DNA of 64,000 bases from Candidatus Bathyarchaeota archaeon (GCA_963715865.1 OY970280.1:1120001-1184000), one strand, 5' to 3'; counted from the first letter of the stretch, positions 9,117 through 19,187 are shown. The notes: generated by a model not told the origin, from the sequence alone. Numbers and translations: made by a program.

Positions 9117-11444
9117 ATGAAACATACCTCTTCTCAGGTTAATGACATCAAAATGAGTGAACAAACTGCAAGTTTATCCCTTGCTGAAGTTTCCTTGAAC
9201 GAAAAACCCATGTCGAAGATCAGAATTCTCCATGTTGACGATGACCCTTGCATTCTAGAGGTTTCAAAACAGATTCTGGAAGTTGAAAACAATTTCGAGG
9301 TTGACACCGCATTATCCGTTGAAGAAGCCTTCAAGAGAATGGAAAAGCAGTCTTTTGACGTGGTAGTCTCGGATTATGTAATGCCCCAGAAAAATGGCTT
9401 GCAGTTCTTACAGGAACTCCGCGAAAAACGCAACAGCATTCCTTTTGTCATTTTTACAGGGAAAGGCAGAGAAGAAGTAGCGGTTGAAGCGTTGAATTTG
9501 GGCGCTGACAGATACATCAACAAAAACGGTTCTCCTGAAACGGTCTATTGTGAATTAGCAGATGCCATAAACAAGACTGTGGAGCATAAGAAATCAAGAC
9601 AGCAGCTTGCTGCGTCAGAGTCAAAGTATCGCATGCTGGTGGAGAAATCACTTCAGGGAATACTAGTCACGAAAGTAGCTCCGCTCAGGCTGATTTTTGC
9701 CAATGATGCTATGGGAAAAATCTTGGGTTATTCTCTTCAAGAGTTGCTGTCACTTTCGCCCGAAGGAATTATGGGCTTGGTGCACCATCAGGATAGGGCT
9801 GTTTTCTTGGCTGTTTTCTTTAAGCGTATGGAAAACCGCTTTCGGGGTGAACCGGCTGAGTCTTGCTTTGAGTTTCGTGCGGTGCGCAAGGATGGCTCGT
9901 TAATCTGGTTGAGCGCGCTCTCAAATCGAGTTGAGTATGATGGGCAACCGGCTGTGCTGGGTATGTTCTTGGATGTTAACGAACGCAAAAAGGCTGAAGA
10001 GGTTCTGAGAAGAAGTGAAGAGAAGTATCGAGAACTGGCAAATTGTTTGCCGGAGATTGTTTTTGAGATTGATCTAACTGGAAAAATTACGTTCTTCAGT
10101 CAACGAGCTCTTGAAATAACAGGCTTTACACGAGAAGAGCTCGAAAAAGGCTTCAATATTTTGTCGGTCGTTGTTCCTGAGGAACGAGAAAGAGCAATGG
10201 AAAACATAAAGAAGTCGTTGGCTGGAGAAGACCATGGAGCTAACGAATATACGCTCTTCAGAAAAAACGGCGCCACTTATCCTGCGCTTGTGAGGACCAC
10301 TCCCATTTTTTCCGAAAACAAGGTAACAGGGCTGAGAGGGCTGGTCATAGACATCACTGAAGGTAAGAAAGCTGAAGAAGAACGAGAATCAAGCGAAAAC
10401 TACCTCAAAGCAATATTCAAATCAGTTTTAACAGGAATTATTATCATAAACGCTGAAACTCACGAAATCGTTGATGTCAACCCACAAGCCTTGGAAACAT
10501 TGGGCACTTCTAAAGAGCAGACTGTTGGAAAAATCTGCCACAAATTCGTTTGCCCCGCTGAAAAAGGAAAATGCCCAATCAGCGACCTCGGACAAGTCGT
10601 GGACAAATCCGAACGCACCTTACTATCACTCGACGGCGAAAAGATCCCAATTCTGAAAACTGCCGTGGAGATGAGTTGGAAGGGCCAAAAGTACTTGGTG
10701 GAGAGCTTCATTAACATCACTGATCGCAAAAAAGCCGAAGAAGCCTTGAACCAGGTGATGGATCAGTTGGTGTTGGTTAATGAAAAAGTGGAGGTTGTGG
10801 GCAGCTTGACTAGGCATGATGTTCGAAACAAACTTTCAGCGATGACTGGATATGCGTATTTGCTTAAGAAGAAACATGCGGACCAAGCCGACATTGTAGA
10901 AGGATTGGGTAAGATGGAGCAGGCTGTTAAGGATATTGTAGCAATTTTTGACTTCGCCAAGATGTATGAACAGTTGGGAGTTGAAGAGTTAACATACATC
11001 AACGCCGAGAAAGCGCTAAACGAGGCAATAGCGCTTTTTTCAGGTTTATCCAGTTTAGAATTTATCAATGATTGCCATGGACTAAGCTTGATGGCGGACT
11101 CGCTATTGACGCAATTATTCTACAACTTGATTGATAATTCGTTGAAACATGGCGAAAAGGTCACAAAGATACGAGTACATTATGAGAAAGCGGATCAAGA
11201 TAAGCTGATTGTGGTTTATGAGGATGATGGCGTGGGGATTTCGGCTGAGAACAAGTCAAAACTCTTCAAGGAGGGCTTCAGCACCAGCGGCACATCTGGG
11301 CACGGCTTATTTCTATTGCGGAAAATGATGGGCGTCTATGGCTGGTCGATTCAGGAGAATGGTGAACCTGGCAAAGGAGCAAAATTCACAATGACAATTC
11401 CACGGATTAACCAAAACGGAAAAGAGAACTTTCAAATTGTCTAA
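9117..11444 (+). CDS. Hybrid sensor histidine kinase (REC-PAS-PAS-PAS-HisKA-HATPase)
   Basis: REC motifs (ILHVDDD, VVSDY, FTGKG), three PAS/PAC units, H-box LTRHDVRNKL, N-box NLIDNSLKHG, G-boxes DDGVGI and GHGLFL. Confidence 0.93.
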   Translation: MKHTSSQVNDIKMSEQTASLSLAEVSLNEKPMSKIRILHVDDDPCILEVSKQILEVENNFEVDTALSVEEAFKRMEKQSFDVVVSDYVMPQKNGLQFLQELREKRNSIPFVIFTGKGREEVAVEALNLGADRYINKNGSPETVYCELADAINKTVEHKKSRQQLAASESKYRMLVEKSLQGILVTKVAPLRLIFANDAMGKILGYSLQELLSLSPEGIMGLVHHQDRAVFLAVFFKRMENRFRGEPAESCFEFRAVRKDGSLIWLSALSNRVEYDGQPAVLGMFLDVNERKKAEEVLRRSEEKYRELANCLPEIVFEIDLTGKITFFSQRALEITGFTREELEKGFNILSVVVPEERERAMENIKKSLAGEDHGANEYTLFRKNGATYPALVRTTPIFSENKVTGLRGLVIDITEGKKAEEERESSENYLKAIFKSVLTGIIIINAETHEIVDVNPQALETLGTSKEQTVGKICHKFVCPAEKGKCPISDLGQVVDKSERTLLSLDGEKIPILKTAVEMSWKGQKYLVESFINITDRKKAEEALNQVMDQLVLVNEKVEVVGSLTRHDVRNKLSAMTGYAYLLKKKHADQADIVEGLGKMEQAVKDIVAIFDFAKMYEQLGVEELTYINAEKALNEAIALFSGLSSLEFINDCHGLSLMADSLLTQLFYNLIDNSLKHGEKVTKIRVHYEKADQDKLIVVYEDDGVGISAENKSKLFKEGFSTSGTSGHGLFLLRKMMGVYGWSIQENGEPGKGAKFTMTIPRINQNGKENFQIV

Positions 11445-11551
11445 TAAAATGTCTCCTGTACACGGGCAGTTACGCTTTTCTTAAACATTAGTTTCTTTAA
11501 TGTCTAGACTGCGTTTGGTTTCTTCATGCAGAGTGCTCTTTCTCTTTGTTT

Positions 11552-11650
11552 ACAGCTATGACCGTAGAGGAAGCTTGCAAGCTAATTGAAGTTGGCTTTG
11601 AATACGTAACTGAAGTAGAAGGCGTAAAACTATTTAGGAAGCGAAAGTAA
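11552..11650 (+). pseudogene. Isolated 3' end resembling an archaeal site-specific tyrosine integrase
   Basis: Reads TAMTVEEACKLIEVGFEYVTEVEGVKLFRKRK*, matching from memory the C-terminal tail of Bathyarchaeia-type integrases. No catalytic domain lies upstream. Too short for the ORF track. Confidence 0.6.
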
Positions 11651-11723
11651 AAATGAGAACAAAAATACCTAGATATGTAAAAAACTTCGTAGAAAAATGT
11701 ATATCAAGGTATTCGACAATTAA

Positions 11724-12320
11724 ATGAGGAAACATTTCATGGGAGAAGAGGATTGCTTGAAAAACATGGTAGAGTTTAGATGGCATGGTAGAGGCGGTCA
11801 AGGAGCGTGGACCGCGAGTGAATTACTGGCAAGAACAGCCCTTGATGAAGGCAAGTACATTCAATCATTCCCCGAATTTGGACCGGAACGAATGGGTGCG
11901 CCTGTGACTGCTTTTACAAGAATAAGTACTGAACCAATAAGGTTACATTGCGCAATTTACGACCCTGATGTTGTTGTTGTTTTAGATAACACTCTGCTGA
12001 AAACGGTTCCAGTTACAGCTGGATTAAACCGCGATGAAGATGTACTAATTATTAATTCTACCGAGGAACCAGTTGCTTTGAAAGAAAACCTTAGGGTGAC
12101 AAAAGGCAAAGTTTGGACGGTTCCAGCAACCGAAATTGCCCTGAAAATTTTGGGGGCACCAATAACCAGCACAGCGATGCTGGGCGGTGTTGCTAAGGCA
12201 ACTGAAATAGTCACCTTAGAAGGCATCGAGAAAACGTTGAAGGGACGTTTCAGACCGGAGTTAGCGGAGAAAAACTTCATGGTTATCAAGGAAGCGTATA
12301 AGGAGGCAAAAACGATTTGA
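11724..12320 (+). CDS. porC: Pyruvate/2-oxoacid:ferredoxin oxidoreductase gamma subunit
   Basis: EFRWHGRGGQG and FPEFGPERMGAPV motifs; first gene of a gamma-delta-alpha-beta operon. True start may be ATG 11766. Confidence 0.93.
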   Translation: MRKHFMGEEDCLKNMVEFRWHGRGGQGAWTASELLARTALDEGKYIQSFPEFGPERMGAPVTAFTRISTEPIRLHCAIYDPDVVVVLDNTLLKTVPVTAGLNRDEDVLIINSTEEPVALKENLRVTKGKVWTVPATEIALKILGAPITSTAMLGGVAKATEIVTLEGIEKTLKGRFRPELAEKNFMVIKEAYKEAKTI

Positions 12321-12598
12321 GTCGAGAAAAAAGTTGGAAAGAAATCTCTATTGCTGCAGTATGTCCAAAGTCTAGCATCGGATTCATGACAGGTGACTGG
12401 AAAACTTACATGCCAGTAAGAGACCTAGAAAAATGCACATTATGCTTAACATGCGTAATGTTTTGCCCTGAAGGAGCAATAAAGTGGCATCCAGACATGG
12501 GCAAAATCGAGTTTGACTTCAGCTTCTGCAAAGGCTGCGGAATATGTGCTAATGAGTGCCCAACTAAAGCGATAACAATGAAAATAGAAGAGGAGTAA
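12317..12598 (+). CDS. porD: Pyruvate/2-oxoacid:ferredoxin oxidoreductase delta subunit (2x[4Fe-4S])
   Basis: GDWKTYMP plus CTLCLTCVMFCP and CKGCGICANECP ferredoxin motifs. Confidence 0.93.
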   Translation: MSREKSWKEISIAAVCPKSSIGFMTGDWKTYMPVRDLEKCTLCLTCVMFCPEGAIKWHPDMGKIEFDFSFCKGCGICANECPTKAITMKIEEE

Positions 12599-12603
12599 AA
12601 AAC

Positions 12604-13836
12604 ATGAAACAACAAGCTAAACAGGAAACCATTGCTTTAAACGGAGATGAAGCAGTTGCCTACGCGGTTAAACAGTGTGATGTTGACGTAGTTGCTGCTT
12701 ACCCAATTACACCTCAAACAATCATAGTTGAAAAATTCAGCGAGTATGTTGCTAACGGAGAAGTTCAAACAGAGTTTGTCTGCACTGAATCAGAGCACAG
12801 TGCCATGACCGCTTGCCTTGCAGCGTCTGTAACAGGTGCGCGAACGTTTACCGCTAGTGCTTCAGCAGGTTTAGCGTTGATGCATGAGATGCTTTTCGTG
12901 ACTTCGGGTTCACGTGCTCCAGTTGTAATGGCGGTAGCTAACCGTGCTTTATCTTCGCCGCTTAACATTCATGGTGACCAATCTGACAGCATGGCTGAGC
13001 GAGACAGTGGATGGATTCAGATTTACGTTGAGAACGCTCAGGAAGCATACGACTCTATTATTCAAGCGTTCAAAATTGCCGAGGATCTTGACGTGTCTTT
13101 GCCGATAATCGTCGGCTTAGACGGGTTCACGGTAAGTCACACGCTGGAGAACGTTGATGTACTAACGGAAGACACTGTGAAACAATTTATTGGAGACAGG
13201 CAACTGCCAAATGTACTTACGCATGAAGGTAAAACAGTGCCGTTTAAGCTTGATCCAGAGAATCCGATGACGATGGGACCGATTGCTTTTCAAAACTACT
13301 ATTTTGAGTTTAAACGCCAGCAGGAAGAAGGCATGAAGAACGCGTTAAAGCGAATACAAGAGGTCAACAGTGAATATGCTAAAGTCAGTGGCAGAAGCTA
13401 TGGCAACGGGCTCATAGATGCTTACAAGCTTGAGGACGCTGAAATTGCAGTGGTTTGTGTTGGCTCAACCTCTGGAACACTAAAAGTAATTATTGACGAA
13501 CTAAGGCAAGAGGGCATTAAAGCTGGGCTTCTACGACTACGTACGTTCAGGCCACTACCGGTCGAAGAACTTCGAAAAGCATTAGGCAATGCCGTTGCAA
13601 TTGCGGTTATGGATAAAAGTATGAGTTTCGGCGGTTTTGGCGGTGCAGTTTTTGGTGAAGTTCGCCATGCGCTTTACGATGATAAGAAGCATCCGACCAT
13701 TGTGAATTACATTTATGGTTTAGGTGGGAGAGATTCAAGTCCACGTGAACTGCGAAGAATCTTCGAAGAGCTTACGCATATTGCAAGGACTGGGCATGTT
13801 GAAAGCCAAATTCATTATTTAGGGTTAAGGGAGTAA
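12604..13836 (+). CDS. porA: Pyruvate/2-oxoacid:ferredoxin oxidoreductase alpha subunit
   Basis: AAYPITPQT, ESEHSAM and NRALSSPLNIHGDQSD motifs. Confidence 0.95.
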   Translation: MKQQAKQETIALNGDEAVAYAVKQCDVDVVAAYPITPQTIIVEKFSEYVANGEVQTEFVCTESEHSAMTACLAASVTGARTFTASASAGLALMHEMLFVTSGSRAPVVMAVANRALSSPLNIHGDQSDSMAERDSGWIQIYVENAQEAYDSIIQAFKIAEDLDVSLPIIVGLDGFTVSHTLENVDVLTEDTVKQFIGDRQLPNVLTHEGKTVPFKLDPENPMTMGPIAFQNYYFEFKRQQEEGMKNALKRIQEVNSEYAKVSGRSYGNGLIDAYKLEDAEIAVVCVGSTSGTLKVIIDELRQEGIKAGLLRLRTFRPLPVEELRKALGNAVAIAVMDKSMSFGGFGGAVFGEVRHALYDDKKHPTIVNYIYGLGGRDSSPRELRRIFEELTHIARTGHVESQIHYLGLRE

Positions 13837-13852
13837 ATTAGGAGGAAAAAAA

Positions 13853-14818
13853 TTGACAACTCAAGAATGGAAATTCACAGCCAAAGATATTGCGTCTAAA
13901 CCAGATTTGTTCCTTTCAGGTCACAGGGCATGTGCAGGTTGCGGACCAGCAGCAGTGCTGCGTTTGATAATGAAAGCTACACGTGGACCAACAATTGTGA
14001 CTGAAGCAACTGGCTGCATGGAAGTAGTCTCATCAATTTACCCTTACACGTCCTGGGCTGTGCCATGGTTGCACACGGCTTTTGAGAATGCCGCTGCAAA
14101 CGCTTCAGGTATTGATGCTGCATTGAAAGCTATGCGTAAGAAGGGCAAAGTGAAGCAAGAGCACATTGATATTATTGCGATTGCTGGTGACGGTGGAACT
14201 TTCGACATTGGCTTACAAGCGTTGTCTGGTGCTGTTGAACGTGGACATGACTTCTTGTTTGTACTGTATGATAATGAAGCTTACATGAACACTGGCATCC
14301 AACGAAGCGGTGGAACACCGATTGGCGCAGCAACGTCAACTACTCCTGCTGGCTCAGTTGTGCCTGGAAAACTCGAGAAGAAGAAGCCTATTACGGAGAT
14401 TATGTTGGCGCATGACATGGAGTACGTGGCTACTGCATCACCATACTACTGGAAAGACATGCTAACGAAAGTTCGCAAAGGCTTAGAAGTGAATGGACCA
14501 GCGTTTCTGCACATATTTGCTCCTTGTCCAAGGGGTTGGCGTAGTGAACCAGGCAAAAGCATTGAGTACTCGAAGTTGGCGGTGGAATCATGCGTGTTTC
14601 CAATTTGGGAAGCAGTAAACGGCAAACGGCAACTTTCAACGCCAAGTAAACTGATTGCTTTGGCACCGCAAAAGAAGAAGCCAGTTAAAGATTACCTTGC
14701 AGGCCAAGGCAGGTTCAGGCACCTGTTTACTCCGCAAAATAAGCATGTGCTGGATGAGATTCAACGTTTCACTGATGAACGTTGGGAACGGCTTCTCCAA
14801 AAATGCGAGACAGCCTAA
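13853..14818 (+). CDS. porB: Pyruvate/2-oxoacid:ferredoxin oxidoreductase beta subunit (TPP-binding)
   Basis: GHRACAGCG, GDGGTFDIG, DNEAYMNTGIQRS and PCPRGW motifs. Confidence 0.95.
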   Translation: MTTQEWKFTAKDIASKPDLFLSGHRACAGCGPAAVLRLIMKATRGPTIVTEATGCMEVVSSIYPYTSWAVPWLHTAFENAAANASGIDAALKAMRKKGKVKQEHIDIIAIAGDGGTFDIGLQALSGAVERGHDFLFVLYDNEAYMNTGIQRSGGTPIGAATSTTPAGSVVPGKLEKKKPITEIMLAHDMEYVATASPYYWKDMLTKVRKGLEVNGPAFLHIFAPCPRGWRSEPGKSIEYSKLAVESCVFPIWEAVNGKRQLSTPSKLIALAPQKKKPVKDYLAGQGRFRHLFTPQNKHVLDEIQRFTDERWERLLQKCETA

Positions 14819-15057
14819 AGTTTTTCTTTCTTTTTTGTTTTTTGCTTTTTGCGATCTATTGCTCTGGGAAAGTTTATAGCCCTTGCATAAGGCGGTTATA
14901 GAACGCTTTTGAAATAAAGAGTATTGAATAATTGAAAATGGCAATTTTTGAAATGCTTAATTATTAGTGTACCAATTAAATTAGTGGTGTTTTGGTTGAT
15001 TTTTAATCAGGGGTGAGTTAAATTTTTAGAGAATTTGTAAGAAAAACAGCGGATTCC

Positions 15058-15678
15058 TTGCGTTCGACAAAGAAAAGCGATTTACCTTTCGACCACATGC
15101 TTACCAGGCCTGCCTTCTTTTTGTCTCAGGAACCTCAGTATTCAAGTTATTCCGTTGGCAAGTTTTCTTACGGAGTAAATTCGCCCCTTGTTTTTAGTAA
15201 TGCAACGGGAGATAAGAGCGGTTCATTGAAGATTGGCAAGTTTTGCTCGATAGGTTCAGGTGTTACGATTCTGCTTGGCGGGGAACATAGGCCTGATTGG
15301 GTTACAACCTACCCTTTTAGTGTCTTATTTAAAAAGTTTGATGATTTTCATGGCGCTTCAACTACTAAGGGTGACGTTGTTATTGGAAATGATGTTTGGA
15401 TTGGCATGAACGTCTTGATTTTATCGGGTGTTACGGTGGGTGATGGAGCGGTTATTGGAGCCTGCAGCGTGGTAACGAGGGATGTGGAACCTTATGCTAT
15501 TGTTGTGGGAAACCCTGCGAGATTGATAAGGAAACGGTTTGATCAAGCGGTTATCAATAAGCTTTTGGAGATTAAATGGTGGGATTGGGATGCTGGCAGG
15601 ATTACGGAGAACATGCCTTTTTTGCTTTCAAATAGGATAAATGAGTTTGTTGAGAAAAATAGTGCCAAGAAAAGTTAG
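15058..15678 (+). CDS. CatB/Vat-like hexapeptide-repeat O-acetyltransferase
   Basis: [44 protein letters not shown] and WWDW motifs. Confidence 0.9.
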   Translation: MRSTKKSDLPFDHMLTRPAFFLSQEPQYSSYSVGKFSYGVNSPLVFSNATGDKSGSLKIGKFCSIGSGVTILLGGEHRPDWVTTYPFSVLFKKFDDFHGASTTKGDVVIGNDVWIGMNVLILSGVTVGDGAVIGACSVVTRDVEPYAIVVGNPARLIRKRFDQAVINKLLEIKWWDWDAGRITENMPFLLSNRINEFVEKNSAKKS

Positions 15679-15929
15679 GTTAGCCTTCCGCCTAGTTTCT
15701 CTAGGTAATCCAGAAACTTCTCCAGTTCAACCTTGTCCATGTTCACGAGTTCAGCGTGTTCCGCTTTAACGTACTTGCGAAAAGATTCCAAACATAGACT
15801 AGCACCAGTGTTTTCTTTAAAGGTGCGTACCTGCTCGCGCTCAATCTTAATTCTATACAGCGTAGCCAAAAAGGTTGCAAGAACAACCAGTGTGTTGCTT
15901 ACAATAACGATTAGTGAAATGTCAACCAA
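15675..15929 (-). CDS. Small hypothetical protein with N-terminal TM helix
   Basis: 84-aa ORF downstream of GAGGGG SD-like sequence, convergent with the acetyltransferase. Confidence 0.55.
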   Translation of the reverse strand: MVDISLIVIVSNTLVVLATFLATLYRIKIEREQVRTFKENTGASLCLESFRKYVKAEHAELVNMDKVELEKFLDYLEKLGGRLT

Positions 15930-16018
15930 TTGAACATCCCCTCTCGCTTATGCATATTAAGACTTAGGTTATTTTCTCTTTCGCTCAATAGAATATAATC
16001 AAAAAGTTCAGTGGTTAT

Positions 16019-17239
16019 TTAGTGGTTGTTTTCTGGGATTATTTTTAGTATTCTAAGGATTTTTTTGAATTCTTCCTCTTTCAACGAGGCTCTTCTGCCG
16101 TTCGCGTACATGTCTTTTATCCTTTCTACTACTATGGCTACGGTTTGGTCGTCTGGAGTGTTTCCTGCCAGCTCTGTTATTTTGTGTTTGATTATGCCTT
16201 TTCCCGACTGTTTCCCAATCGTTAAACGCCTTGTGTTGCCTACCAGTTCAGGCGGGTAAGGCTCATACGTCCACGGGTCGTTCAAGACGCCGTGCGTGTG
16301 GATTCCTGACTCATGCGCGAAACCGTAGTCGCCAACGATTGCCTTGTTAGGCGGAACCACGTAGCCTGTTGCTTTGCCAATGTAGTCGGCGGTTTGCTTT
16401 AGCTTCTGGGTTTTGCCTTCAAACTTTTTGACGCCGTAATGCAAGTACAAGTTCAACAGTACCTTCTCGGTTTCAGCGTTGCCTGCACGCTCGCCAATGC
16501 CAAGATACGTTGTGCTAGCGTACACCTTATCCCATACGCCTGAAGCTGCCCTAATCGCCGCCATCGTGTTCTCAACAGCGTTCCCAAAATCGTCATGCGC
16601 ATGAATCTCAATTGCGCCAATTCTAGTTTCCTTCTTGATGGCGACCACTTTGGCTGGAACACCGTTGGGCAAAGGCGCCGCTGGATCAGACAAGCCAATT
16701 CCGACAGTATCGCAGATACGGTAACATTCCGCGCCAGCGTCGGCAACGGCGTTGATGAAGCGTCTCTCAAAGTTCCAGTCTGCACGTGTACTGTCTTCGC
16801 CATGAACGAAGGTTCTCAATCCGCACGTTTTAGCTGCATACTCAACAACGTCAACCACATTAGCTAAGATTTGCTCTTTGGTTTTTTCAGGCCACTTAGC
16901 CTTAAAATGCAAGTCGGAAACAGGATGAGAAATTCCGACCTCTTTAAACCCGCATGCCATAGCGCTGTCAATGTCCTCTTTTAATGCTCTGCACCAGCCA
17001 GCAACGCGCAAATCAAGATGCAAATCCCCGATAAGCTTTGCTGCTTTCTTGTCTGGCTCCTGATAATGGAACAGTTCGATGCGTTCGACGCCGATTTCGC
17101 TGAGGAACTGGACTATTTTTGCTGAGTCTTTTGGTCCAGCAGCTAAGCCGGGCATTTGAATACCGTCACGCAATGTGGTATCGTCTATTATTGGCTCGGT
17201 TTTTAGGGGCAATTTGAAATAGAAGTCTTGTAAGTCCAT
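16019..17239 (-). CDS. Homocitrate synthase / Re-citrate synthase-like enzyme (DRE-TIM, LeuA family, no C-terminal regulatory domain)
   Basis: DTTLRDG, CDTVG, HAHDDFG, GERAGN, HESGIH and GKQSG motifs; 406 aa. Confidence 0.85.
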   Translation of the reverse strand: MDLQDFYFKLPLKTEPIIDDTTLRDGIQMPGLAAGPKDSAKIVQFLSEIGVERIELFHYQEPDKKAAKLIGDLHLDLRVAGWCRALKEDIDSAMACGFKEVGISHPVSDLHFKAKWPEKTKEQILANVVDVVEYAAKTCGLRTFVHGEDSTRADWNFERRFINAVADAGAECYRICDTVGIGLSDPAAPLPNGVPAKVVAIKKETRIGAIEIHAHDDFGNAVENTMAAIRAASGVWDKVYASTTYLGIGERAGNAETEKVLLNLYLHYGVKKFEGKTQKLKQTADYIGKATGYVVPPNKAIVGDYGFAHESGIHTHGVLNDPWTYEPYPPELVGNTRRLTIGKQSGKGIIKHKITELAGNTPDDQTVAIVVERIKDMYANGRRASLKEEEFKKILRILKIIPENNH

Positions 17240-17424
17240 TTTGCACTATGCTGTCCTTTTTATGCTTCTCCCAAAGCGTTTTTGTAACGTTAATTAACGC
17301 TTACATGCAGTTGATAAACATTTCTGTACTACTTTTGTAAGTTTGTCCAAGAGAATACGTGACTTAACTGCAAAATGTCTTATCTAAAAGCAAACAAAAC
17401 CTTTACACATAAACAAGCAAAATG

Positions 17425-17739
17425 CTATCTTGCGCTCGCATACAATGCTTTTAGCGTGCCTGAAACAGCCAAAACATGCACCGCAGCCTCTCTGCCCCCG
17501 ATGCTGGTAACTGTAGTCAACGAAGCTCTCACCATACCCAAAGCGACCAGCGAAACGCGAACCACCGCAACTTTCCGTTCCAAATCAAAGTCAATCAAAG
17601 TTAAACCAGTTAAACTTGCGCCAACTTCACCGTAAAGCTTCGTTACGGCAGCCCAAATTGCATCCATTAACTCGCGTTCAGTAGGTACGCCTTCGCATTC
17701 CAGTTGCAGGGCTAAGTAGCGCCGTTTAATCCGCTTCAA
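17425..17739 (-). CDS. rnp2: RNase P protein subunit Pop5/Rpp14
   Basis: KRRYLA motif; overlaps the Rpp30 gene. Confidence 0.9.
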   Translation of the reverse strand: MKRIKRRYLALQLECEGVPTERELMDAIWAAVTKLYGEVGASLTGLTLIDFDLERKVAVVRVSLVALGMVRASLTTVTSIGGREAAVHVLAVSGTLKALYASAR

Positions 17740-18470
17740 GGAGTTTTGCCCTCCTTAATTACGTTTATGCCGGGTGCAATAAACCGGCTGCTGAGTTTTT
17801 CACGGTTACGCTTAACGATTGCCGCTGGATTAGTTGAAACCGAATCTAAAGCTGAAGCCTCATCTAACCCAAACAGATAAGCTAAACTTGCCATGTCCCT
17901 TGGCAACCGCATAAACCGCTCCTCGCCAACACCGCTAGAAACAATCAGGGGCACGCCGAATTCGCGTGCAACAGCGACTTCGCGGCGCAAACTCGAAAGC
18001 AACCTAACCCTCGTTGGACCCTCCAAAATCAAAAGCGGTTTAACATCCACTTCCAACGCTGCTAAGCAGTTGCTGGCTAATTCGGCTTCTGCACGGTCAA
18101 AAAACCGTTTGCGATAGTCAAGGCTGGGAAAACTTAGGAGGTCAACGCGCCTGTCTTTTGCTGCTTGCCGTGCAACCTCCTTATTGTCGCATGATATGCA
18201 TATGACTTCGAAACGCCGCCTAAACTTGCGCAAAAAATGCGTTAGTTCATTTTCTGTTTGCGGATGGAAATCGGCTCGTGAAACAAAATCTAAGCCTGCT
18301 TCGCTGCATGTTGCTTTGAGCTTGGCGATTTCGTCTTCGCGTAATGCTGAAGTGAATGGGATAGAAATTAGGCGGTAGCCGAACTTTGCAGCCCTGTTGA
18401 TTAGTCGTTGAGTGGCCTGTTGGTCTTTGGGGTTAATGCGTAAATGCAAGTCGGCGAAAGCTCGTGTCAT
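17736..18470 (-). CDS. rnp3: RNase P protein subunit Rpp30
   Basis: PHP-like FADLH start, RQAAKDRRVDLL and PLIVSSG...RLPRD motifs. Confidence 0.92.
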   Translation of the reverse strand: MTRAFADLHLRINPKDQQATQRLINRAAKFGYRLISIPFTSALREDEIAKLKATCSEAGLDFVSRADFHPQTENELTHFLRKFRRRFEVICISCDNKEVARQAAKDRRVDLLSFPSLDYRKRFFDRAEAELASNCLAALEVDVKPLLILEGPTRVRLLSSLRREVAVAREFGVPLIVSSGVGEERFMRLPRDMASLAYLFGLDEASALDSVSTNPAAIVKRNREKLSSRFIAPGINVIKEGKTP

Positions 18471-18926
18471 GGCAGCAACCCAGTATCCTTGAGAATATCC
18501 ATTATTTCTTGAGGGGATTTATTTTTAAAATGTATTTTGAAGTGGACAGGATCATTTTGCGAGAATTTTGAGCGTTCCCAAAAAGGCAGATTGCTTGTCG
18601 AATCGGAGGTATAAGTTTCGCTTTTCCAAATGTAGCTTTAAGTCGCGACATAACTCTTCCTTGTCTAACGCGTTTAAGCCTGCGCCTATTTTTTCAAGTG
18701 CTGCTGGAAGGGTTTTTTTGTCTGTTAGTTTGGCTGTAAAAATGATGATGGGATTTCCATGATGCCCCGTTAAGCTTGTTTTTTGGAAAACAAGGGTTTG
18801 CGCCAGTTCCTCTGGCAGCAGGTTGCGTACTGCAGTTTGGACTTTGTCTGTGTCCTCGGTTGCGTGCGCAAATACTCGAATATCTATGAAGCCAATTTCG
18901 CTGGTGAAGACACCATCTCCGTGCAT
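18467..18926 (-). CDS. DUF54/UPF0201-type RNA-binding protein, frameshifted (one extra A at 18566-18569)
   Basis: RVFAHATED, GHHGNPI and LYLRFDKQSA motifs. Removing one base restores FSQNDPVHFKIHF...LLP*, whose stop overlaps the rnp3 ATG. Confidence 0.85.
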
Positions 18927-19151
18927 AAACTTTCCCTTTTTTCTTTCTTTTTTATGCTTACTACGATTAAGAAGGCTTTTAGTTTTATGGTGAATGCTGA
19001 CCGGGTTAAGAAGAAAATCCCTTCTCTGCTTGTGAATGGTGACACGTCTAAGCGGAAAAACTATAATGCGTTCTTTCGGGAGCGTTATCGGCTTCAACAA
19101 CTTAAGAAGCGTCGAACCGTTTTAAAATTTGAAGTTAACTTGTTGATATTT

Positions 19152-19187
19152 GAAACAAAAGAAAAGGGGAAATTTGGTTTTTCCCTT
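19152..19187 (-). terminator. Putative terminator after the second beta-propeller gene
   Basis: Minus strand has an AGGGAAAA/TTTCCCCT hairpin-like arm pair followed by TTTCTTTTGTTTC, directly after the stop at 19196. Confidence 0.45.
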
